Origin: Octopus vulgaris
Taxonomy: Eukaryota
Direction: 5' to 3'
NCBI GenBank assembly: GCA_951406725.2
Contig: OX597814.1
Span: 14,818,001 to 14,882,000, forward strand
Length of the DNA stretch: 64,000 nucleotides
Shown in pieces: positions 55,071 through 64,000 of this stretch; the first letter of the stretch is position 1, and each line of letters begins with the position of its first letter. Both the position numbers and the translations under genes were made by a program. The notes beneath the pieces were generated by a model that worked only from the letters and a program-made list of their open reading frames with translations, was not told the DNA's origin and made no database searches.

Positions 55071-55931
55071 AGAGTTGTAAATTTCTGATATTAGCATGAC
55101 CCATCGGCACATTTGACCAAGCTTTAATTTCAGCAGGCCATGTTTAATTTCAGCTGGCGTTTATTAGCATATATCTTACATTTGCATTGTAATTTAAACA
55201 CAATGTTCGAATTTGAAAACATTACTTGTTGCTGTTCCGCAACAGTGTGCAACATAAAGCACAACTATTATCGTTATCAATAATAAATAGTTTGGAGAAA
55301 CAATGCATTCTGCGTTGCACAATGATACTGCCTTCAAATTCTATCGTATATTGTAATGATATTGGAATTTAAACTGTAGCATTGTTGCTTTAATTCTTAC
55401 TGTAAATGCTTTTTGATATATCAGAATATTAATTCATGAGATTCTCGTCGAACAGAGAGAATCCAGACAATGACGTATCCATACTCAATACGTGTTGAAA
55501 GATTCGAACGCGGATATCTGATCGATGGGGGCCTTTCGTCATTTGAGATCACCTCACTTTAGACGTTTATTTATGGCACATGCGATTCACTGGTGTAGCT
55601 GGTAGAATTTCAGACACTAGTATAAAAAGAAATCTTTAAAATATAAATATAAGCTCATCACATAAAATGAGATACACGCATATGAAGAAGGAAAATGCCA
55701 ATTAAACAGCAATTAAAAAGAAATCAATGACGCCAATCAGAAAGCAGTATTGGTAATATGCATCGATTAGATTGAAGCAAAATGGTTCGGATCACGTTTA
55801 AATTCTCGAGAAACACCACCAGCCCATTGTGATATCCCTCACGGCGCCGGAGACTAGTAAGTTTTAATTATTTCCAATGATCTTAATTGGAAATTAGTCA
55901 AACATGGAAATTAGTCAAACATCAAGCAATG

Positions 55932-55965
<34 letters not shown>

Positions 55966-56514
55966 TACACACACACATACATCACACACACACGCACATA
56001 CTCGGACACCTATATTTGTTAGTTTACATTTATACAGATATGGTTGTCCTATAAAGCTAAAGTATTTAACATCCATTTCGGGCTGAATTTGTCAGCGAGC
56101 AGCTTAGGTTTATAATAAAGCACTCAGCCGGAGTCTTTCATGGATAGGGTTTCGAGACATATGACCGCTTTATGAGGGTAAGTTATACAGTATCTCTGTT
56201 GTTCTATGTCCTAACGGTAACTCTGCATTTGAAAAGATATCAACTTATTTGCATCGTACAATATATACATACATATACACAAACACACACACACACATAT
56301 ATATGTGTGTGCGTGTGTGTGTATGTGTGTATAGCTGAAATTTATACAAAAATAAAAGAGGAAGACAGGTGTATGAACAGTAAGCAGGTGCATCAGTTCG
56401 ATGCTCGGGAACTTTTACGTTTCGAGCCTACGCTCTTTAACAGAAAGAAATAAGAGAAAATAAACAGAGTGAGTAAAAAAAAATCTTGTCGATTTCAGCA
56501 GTCCAGCATGACTA

Positions 56515-56568
<54 letters not shown>

Positions 56569-57128
56569 TAATAAATTAAATAATATAAATATAAATATAT
56601 ACATACATATATATATATATATAAAATTAATAAGTTTAAATTATTTAAATAATTTTTTATTCTTAACTTTTATATTTTTAATTTAATTTTATGTATTGGC
56701 TTATGTTCTTCACTGTTTGATTTGCCTAATAGTGGTTTTATCTCTAATTTAATATAATATAATATAATATATTTATACTATAAAATTGGATTTAATCCTA
56801 AATCTCATTTTTCCCTGTAAGTTTGGATTTATTCCCTAACATTATTATATATATATAATTGCTTCGGTATACGGAAACTAATAAACTGGTGTAGAACTCA
56901 ATATGCTTATTGTCCAGAACATAATGTTAGATGAGTATAGAATGGTAATAAGAACAAAGAGAAGACACCGGAAAAAAACAAACGTAACGAAATGAACATC
57001 ATTCGAGTACAGCTGTTTTTGTTATAAGATGTGGTAGACTCTTAGTTTAGCACCTGAGTACCTGTATAGCATTCTACAGGTTCATCAGCATTGCATAAGA
57101 AGTGCACTTTATTAGGGAAAATTACTTC

Positions 57129-57181
<53 letters not shown>

Positions 57182-57321
57182 GTGTACTAAATAATAAATA
57201 CACATAGAAGGTAGTGATACACCTATACCCATAATATATACATGCGTAAGTACATTTGTTAGTATGCTCTTATGTTCGCGCGCAATCACGCACAAACATA
57301 TACACACACACGCATATATAT

Positions 57322-57376
<55 letters not shown>

Positions 57377-57377
<1 letters not shown>

Positions 57378-57586
57378 TCTTTTACTCTTTTTACTTGTTT
57401 CAGTCATTTGACTGCGGCCATGCTGGAGCACCGCCTTTAGTCGAGCAAATCGACTCCGGGACTTATTCTTTGTAAGCCCAGTACTTTTTCTATCGGTCTC
57501 TTTTGCCGAACCGCTAAGTGATGGGGACGTAAACACACTAGCATCGGTTGTCAAGCAATGCTAGGGGGACAAACACACACACACAA

Positions 57587-57629
<43 letters not shown>

Positions 57630-57794
57630 CATACGACAGGCTTCTTTCAGTTTCCGTCTACCAAATTCACCCACAAGGCATTGGTCGGCCCGGGGCTATA
57701 GCAGAAGACACTTGCCCGAGATGCCACGCAGTGAGACTGAACCCGGAACCATGTGGTTGGTTAGCAAGCTACTTACCACACAGCCACTCCTGCG

Positions 57795-57798
<4 letters not shown>
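57377..57798 (-). mobile_element. SINE family C, full length, between (TA)n arrays
   Basis: Reverse-complement match to family C. Confidence 0.9.
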
Positions 57799-57838
<40 letters not shown>

Positions 57839-58213
57839 CAGGATATATAGACCCGAGGCTTAGATGGTGTAGCCTCGTGTATATATATCTTCCTCCTCTT
57901 TTGGCGACTTTGCTGACGAGACAAGCCAAGCGTAAACGGATTTAATTTAATTTGATTGCGTGAAAGATGTTGAAACCTTGCAGGGTACAATGTTTGAAGG
58001 GGATAAATGTTTTTATTTCTCCTCTAGTTTCAGAATTACTACTATTTTTGCGGTTTTGAGTTTAGCTGCTCTTTCCAAGTGAATCGAACGACCTTTTCAG
58101 GGTCATTACTTAATTATTTATTGAATATATTATATAGTCTGTGAATATCTCTATTTTCTCACTTGACCGCTGGTTGCAGAAAATTTTTCTTGAATTTTTT
58201 GTTACCCTTATAT

Positions 58214-58285
<72 letters not shown>

Positions 58286-58287
<2 letters not shown>

Positions 58288-60077
58288 CTTAGAAGGGTTT
58301 TGGCCAGTATTGGCCCAGGCCATGTCTAACTTAATAGCACCACCTGGCGAAGTCTTTCAGTTCAGGATTTGGGCACCAAGGCCCATTCGAGCAGAGAGTT
58401 ATTGTTTGCGGAGACATATCCGGGTGTGGGTGGTTTGTCCGGTACTGTTTGAAGGAATTTGTCCAAAGACTTCTTGAATTTTGTGTGGTCAGTTTCTTTT
58501 TTGACGTGTCCTGGTGTAATGTTGAAGAGAGCGGGTCCAATTGAGGTGAAATAGTTGTGCCGTATTGTCGTTATGTGATGCGATTTAGATTTTTGTTGTG
58601 GACAGATGGCACGTGGTCCAAGCCTTGGATGCATTTTGAAGGTGATGCCAACATCATTCGGACAGTGCTGATGGAATATTTTCCACATCATACAGATAAT
58701 GTAGCGTTCACGGCGTCGTTGGAGTGAATACAATTTTAGCTTCTCTAGTCTACCCCAGTAGTCAAGGTCTGACATGCCATCTATCTTTTTTGTGATTGAC
58801 CTTTGGGGAGCTTCAATTCTCATAATATTTTGTTTTGTGTAGGGAGACCACAGTGGACAGCAGTATTCAAGGTGGGGTCGGGCAAAAGTGGAGAAGAGAA
58901 GGATAATAGCGTGGGAATCTCTCGACTGGAAGGTTCTGAGAATCCAGGAACACATTCTGCGGGCCATGTCAACTTTGCTGCTTATATGTGCAGCCCAGCT
59001 TATGTTGTTGTCCACTGTTACTCCCAAGTCTCTGATGTTGTTGGATGCCATGAGAATTTCTCCAGAAGGAAGAGAGTATGGGAGTTTCAGAGCGTCCTCC
59101 CTTCCAAAGTGGATCAGTTCGAATTTGTCTTCATTTAGCAACATGTTATTCTTTTCCGCCCATTGGACAACAGCCAGTAGGTCTGACTGAAGGTTTATTC
59201 GGTCATCCACGCCATTGATGACCTTCTGGAGCTTGGAATCATCAGCGAAGGTTCTGATGTTACTGTGTTTGATGGTGTCAGTAATATCATTTATGTAGAT
59301 GATGAAGAGAAGTGGGCCCAACACAGTGCCTTGTGGGACACCACTGCTGACTTTGGCTGGGCTGGATTTGACTCCTTCGACTACAACATGTTGGGTTCTG
59401 TTAGACAGGAAGCACTTGATCCACTGCAGCAGCTTTCCAGTGACACCAATATTGGACAGCTTTCTCAGAAGGATCTTATGATCAACCCTGTCAAAGGCCT
59501 TGCTGAAATCAAGGTAGATGACATCAGTGTTGGAACCTTCTCCCAAGGCTCTCAAAATGTCATCAAAATGATGCAGTAGCTGCGTCAGGCAATCTCTCCC
59601 ATTACGGAATCCATGCTGGTTGGGGTTCAGCATATTATGACTCTCAAGGAAGTGAGTCATACGCAATCTCAGCACCCTCTCAAATACCTTGATGATATGA
59701 GAGGTGAGTGAGATTGGACGGTAATTCACGGCAAGCGATTTGTTTCCTTTTTTGAAAACTGGGACAACAGACTGGAATAGAAGGTCTTCTGGTATATATC
59801 CAGCATCCAGTGAGTTCCGCCACAGATTGGCTAGAGGGGGTGCAAGCTGGTTTTGATACATCTTCAAGACACAAGCAGGGAACCTATCGGGACCTACTGC
59901 TGAATTATGCTTCATTTCCTTTATTGCTGCTAAGACATCAGGAGCGCCAAATGTTATGTCCGATAAAGTGTATTGGGGAGTAACATCACTGATACAGCCC
60001 AGATCAGTCATATCAGGATTGCTGAAAACAGAGCAATATTGTTTCTGCAATATCTCTCCCATGGTTTTGGCATTGAC

Positions 60078-60081
<4 letters not shown>
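58286..60081 (-). mobile_element. Young 5'-truncated CR1/L2-group LINE inserted in (TA)n
   Basis: Uninterrupted RT ORF plus a short 3'UTR, with (TA)n on both sides. Confidence 0.9.
58362..60062 (-). CDS. Reverse transcriptase (LINE ORF2, endonuclease missing)
   Basis: 566 aa with YRPISLTS, QHGFR, YLDFSKAFDRV, GVPQGTVLGP, FADD and LEYCCPLWSP. Confidence 0.88.
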   Translation of the reverse strand: MGEILQKQYCSVFSNPDMTDLGCISDVTPQYTLSDITFGAPDVLAAIKEMKHNSAVGPDRFPACVLKMYQNQLAPPLANLWRNSLDAGYIPEDLLFQSVVPVFKKGNKSLAVNYRPISLTSHIIKVFERVLRLRMTHFLESHNMLNPNQHGFRNGRDCLTQLLHHFDDILRALGEGSNTDVIYLDFSKAFDRVDHKILLRKLSNIGVTGKLLQWIKCFLSNRTQHVVVEGVKSSPAKVSSGVPQGTVLGPLLFIIYINDITDTIKHSNIRTFADDSKLQKVINGVDDRINLQSDLLAVVQWAEKNNMLLNEDKFELIHFGREDALKLPYSLPSGEILMASNNIRDLGVTVDNNISWAAHISSKVDMARRMCSWILRTFQSRDSHAIILLFSTFARPHLEYCCPLWSPYTKQNIMRIEAPQRSITKKIDGMSDLDYWGRLEKLKLYSLQRRRERYIICMMWKIFHQHCPNDVGITFKMHPRLGPRAICPQQKSKSHHITTIRHNYFTSIGPALFNITPGHVKKETDHTKFKKSLDKFLQTVPDKPPTPGYVSANNNSLLEWALVPKS

Positions 60082-60115
<34 letters not shown>

Positions 60116-60322
60116 GTAAGATCCAATGGTTAAGTGTAGGAAGTGTGCGTGATTCGAGCAGTCAGTGGTAGGTATAAAACTCAATGTTGAGGAAGAATAA
60201 TAATTTATTGGTGTCGAAGGTTGTAAGATTTTCTGATATCGAAGTTTGATAAGCTGAAAAAATTGTTTATACATCATGGTTAGCAACTTGACTTCCTATG
60301 AATGCGAGTAAGAATCCAAATT

Positions 60323-60625
60323 GAGGAATTGGAACATGTAAAATCCAGACCCCATGTGTTTCCCTGATAGCAGATCCTCTGATGTAATGACTGCTCCACG
60401 AAGAGTACTCAGCTAGCTACTCACCAGGCCAAAGTTATCTTAATTATATGAAGGTTACATTGTCTATGACTTCGGTGAGATAACTTGGGATTCCATAACG
60501 ACAATATAACCTTATCTTCGGCCTGATGAGTAGCTAGCCGTGTACCTCTTGTTGAGTAAGAATTACGCCAGAGGATCTGCTAGCTAAATAACATATGTAG
60601 CCTGCATTTTACCTGTTCCATCCTC
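60323..60625. repeat. Imperfect inverted repeat within a larger repeat that has an inverted copy at about 61620-61880
   Basis: TAGCAGATCCTCTG/CAGAGGATCTGCTA and GCTAGCTACTCACCAGGCC/GGCCTGATGAGTAGCTAGC. TATCGAAGTTTGATAAGCTGAAAAAATT (~60237) is inverted at ~61782. Confidence 0.65.
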
Positions 60626-61053
60626 TCCCCCTTTATCTCTCTCTTACACACACAAACACACATAAAAACTCTGTGTGTCTATATATATATTATTATGTAA
60701 TTTTTAAATTGAATTAATTTTAAATTGAATCAATATTGCATTTTAAATTTTTAAAAAATTAAATTTTAATATTTTCGATTTATATATTTAGTCATGAAAC
60801 GCTCGTAGTCAATTTAATATTTGAGTTGTTATGAGATTTTTAGAATAATAATTATAAGATATCTAATTAATTTCTATGTGGTTATTATCGATAATATTTT
60901 CTCACTATTGATGGAATAACTAAATAGCGGTTTGTCTCTAAATTCTCTATATATATGTGTGTGTTGCGTGTGTGTGTGTGTGTTTTGTGTGTGTGTGTGT
61001 TTATTGATGTAAATATATATAAATATATATGTAAATATATATAAATATATATG

Positions 61054-61107
<54 letters not shown>

Positions 61108-61109
<2 letters not shown>

Positions 61110-61500
61110 GCGCAGGAGTGGCTGTGTGCTATGTAGCTTGCTTACCAACCACATAGTTCCGGGTTCAGTCCCACTACGTGGCACCTTGGGTAAGTGCCTT
61201 CTACTACAGCCTCGGGCTGACCAAAGCCTTGTGAGTGGATTTGGTAGACAGAAACTGAAAGAAGCTCGTCGTATATATGTATATGTGTGTATATGTTTGT
61301 GTGTCTGTGCCTGTCCCTCCAACATCGCTTGACAACCGATGCAGGTATGTTTACGTCCCCGTAACCTAGCGGTTCGGTAAAAAGAGACCGATAAAATAAA
61401 TACTAGGCTTACAAAAAATAAGTCCTGGGATCGATTTTTCTCGACTAAAGGCGGTACTACAGCATGGCCGCAGTCAAATGACTGAAACAAGTAAAAGAAA
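61108..61500 (+). mobile_element. SINE family C, full length
   Basis: Match to family C, with (TA)n on both sides. Confidence 0.88.
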
Positions 61501-61546
<46 letters not shown>

Positions 61547-61971
61547 TTTCGATAAAATCTCATAGGAGTCAATATGGGATCCCTTGACGATAATGTAAAC
61601 TTCATTTGATTAACGTATCTTGTCCCGACGAGTAGCCAGCGGATTATCTCTCGTTTGAACTAATTGCTACTTCCGTGGTTCTCCTACCTATGAAACATAT
61701 ACAGCCTGGATTGTATCAACTCCATTTTCTAATTTTGAATTTCTCTTTGCATATACAGCAAACCCAGCTTCTAACTGAAATAATTTTTTCAGCTTATCGA
61801 ACTTCGATATAGGAAAAATGCACACCCTTCTACATCAATAAACCACTGTTCTTCCTGAAAACCGTTTTTTTTATACCTCCTACAGAATGTTTGAGACTTA
61901 CTAACATCCGACACCTTGATTCTTGAATGTTACCTTTACATTTATACATACATATATACATACATACATAT

Positions 61972-62018
<47 letters not shown>

Positions 62019-62029
<11 letters not shown>

Positions 62030-62160
62030 ATTCGAGACAAAACCACTATTTTAAAACCAAACAAGAAAAGACTTAATCAATACATAAAATTTTATGTATT
62101 GATTAAGTCTTTTCTTGTTTGGTTTTAAAATAGTGGTTTTGTCTCGAATTATATTATATA
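62019..62160. repeat. Perfect 142-bp palindrome
   Basis: Centre TAAAA|TTTTA at 62089/62090; the arms are exact reverse complements. Confidence 0.92.
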
Positions 62161-62237
62161 ATATTTGACTATAAAATTGGATTTAACCCTAAATCTGATT
62201 TTTCCCTGTAATTTTGGATTCATTCCCTAATATTTAT

Positions 62238-62292
<55 letters not shown>

Positions 62293-62293
<1 letters not shown>

Positions 62294-62662
62294 TCCTTTA
62301 CTCTTTTACTTGTTTCAGCCATTTGACTGTGGCCATGCGGGAGCACCGCCTTTAGTCGAGCAAATCGACCCCAGCACTTATTCTTTGTAAGCCTAGTACT
62401 CATTCTATCGGTCTCTTTTGCTGAACGGCTAAGTTAAGTGGATGTAAACACACCGGCATCGGTTGTCAAGCGATGTTGGGGGAACAAACACATACGCACA
62501 AACATATACACACACATACATATACACATATATACGACAGGCTTCTTTTAGTTTCCGTCTACCAAATCCACTCACAATGTTTTGCTCGGCCCGAAGCTAT
62601 AGTAGAAGACACTTGCCCAAGATGCCATGTGGTCCGTAAGCAAACTACTTACCACACAGCCA
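62293..62662 (-). mobile_element. SINE family C
   Basis: Reverse-complement match to family C. Confidence 0.85.
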
Positions 62663-62679
62663 CACACACACACACACAC

Positions 62680-62773
<94 letters not shown>

Positions 62774-63251
62774 TTATATATATATATATAAATACATGTT
62801 CATACACACACATATACACAGGTTGGCACATAAATACAAAACAATATGGAAAACATAGTACTCGTATACCAAGAGTAGAATAATATGATTTATTATAACT
62901 ACAAAATATTCACAGAACTGTTGCTCAGAGTTTCACGTTCCCGTTCGTCGGAAAGTTATTATGAATACTGAATTTTAGATAATAATTGTGCAAGTAATGT
63001 AATTTTGTTTCTTGTATAACAAATATTCCGACTGATTAATTTTTCAAAAACGTAATGGTAAATATTTGGTAATGTATGGATATTTAAATTAATAGAATGA
63101 TGTGATGGATTGAAAGAAAAGCCTTACATTGGATAGGTAGGAATTCCAAAAATAAGTAATTACTAATTAGTAATGGGGCTGGAAGAATAGAGTGATGGAT
63201 ATTGAAAGATTGAAATATATTATATTGAAAGTTATATTATGTATATATAAC

Positions 63252-63383
63252 CAACCAACCACATGGTTCTGGGTTCAGTCCCACTGCGTGGCATCTTGGG
63301 CAAGTGTCTTCTGCTATAGCCCCGGGCCGACCAATGCCTTGTGAGTGGATTTGGTAGACGGACACTGAAAGAAGCCTGTCGTA

Positions 63384-63452
<69 letters not shown>

Positions 63453-63640
63453 ATGTGTGTGTGTTTGTCCCCCTAGCATTGCTTGACAACCGATGCTGGT
63501 GTGTTTACGTCCCCGTCACTTAGCGGTTCGACAAAAGAGTACTGGGCTTACAAAGAATAAGTTCCGGGGTGGATTTGGTCGACTAAAGGCGGTGCTCCAG
63601 CATGGCCGCAGTCAAATGACTGAAACAAGTAAAAGATTAA
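63252..63640 (+). mobile_element. SINE family C, 5'-clipped
   Basis: Match to family C. Confidence 0.85.
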
Positions 63641-64000
63641 AAGAGAGAGATACACACAAAAAGTGTTATGTTATATACACAGGCATAGCACTATATGCGT
63701 ACGCACGTTAACCCATCTGCACCCATACAAACATACGCAAAAGGAATGTTAAAATATAATTAAAATTGTGTAAACGCATTCATAGCTATACATACACAGC
63801 ATTTTAATTTCAATATCCATCCATTACCAAATATTCACCGGTACGTTTTTGAAAATTAACCAATCAGATTTAAGGTTTATTCTTTATAGAAAATACAAAA
63901 TTATATTATGATATATGTAAACAAAGCTTGCTCTCCAACCATTTGGTGCCACCCAATGTGTCTTCTACAATAGGCTCGAGCCCACCAAAGCCTTGTGAAT

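Noticed and set aside
57001-57095. Hammerhead-like CTGATGA..AAAAC-AGCT-GTA on the minus strand; also CTGATGA at 40131 and CTGAGGA at 50142
   Set aside because: GAAA core and/or stem I are missing; at best decayed copies.

Overview
AT-rich, microsatellite-dense eukaryotic DNA. The SINE families and gene content point to an octopus (cephalopod) genome; this is inferred. Host genes are three interleukin-17-like paralogs: two on the minus strand (~4.0-4.5 kb and ~32.7-34.8 kb) and one on the plus strand (~46.8-51.4 kb). They fit the known cephalopod IL-17 expansion. Everything else is repeats: (1) a near-intact Tx1/L1-type LINE plus three relatives, three of the four sitting in (TCTA)n arrays; (2) CR1/L2-group LINE pieces; (3) three tRNA-derived SINE families, two of which share 3' tails with LINEs in the same window; (4) Penelope-like fragments and about a dozen minimal type I hammerhead ribozyme motifs, both canonical and variant; (5) an 830-bp foldback element with an 8-bp TSD; (6) Helitron-like repeats, a Tc1 remnant, and a 23-bp ATTTA-containing minisatellite in the probable 3'UTR of one IL-17 gene. 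Most ORFs in the supplied track are microsatellite artefacts. All alignments were made by eye, and repeat boundaries are approximate unless a TSD or junction is cited.
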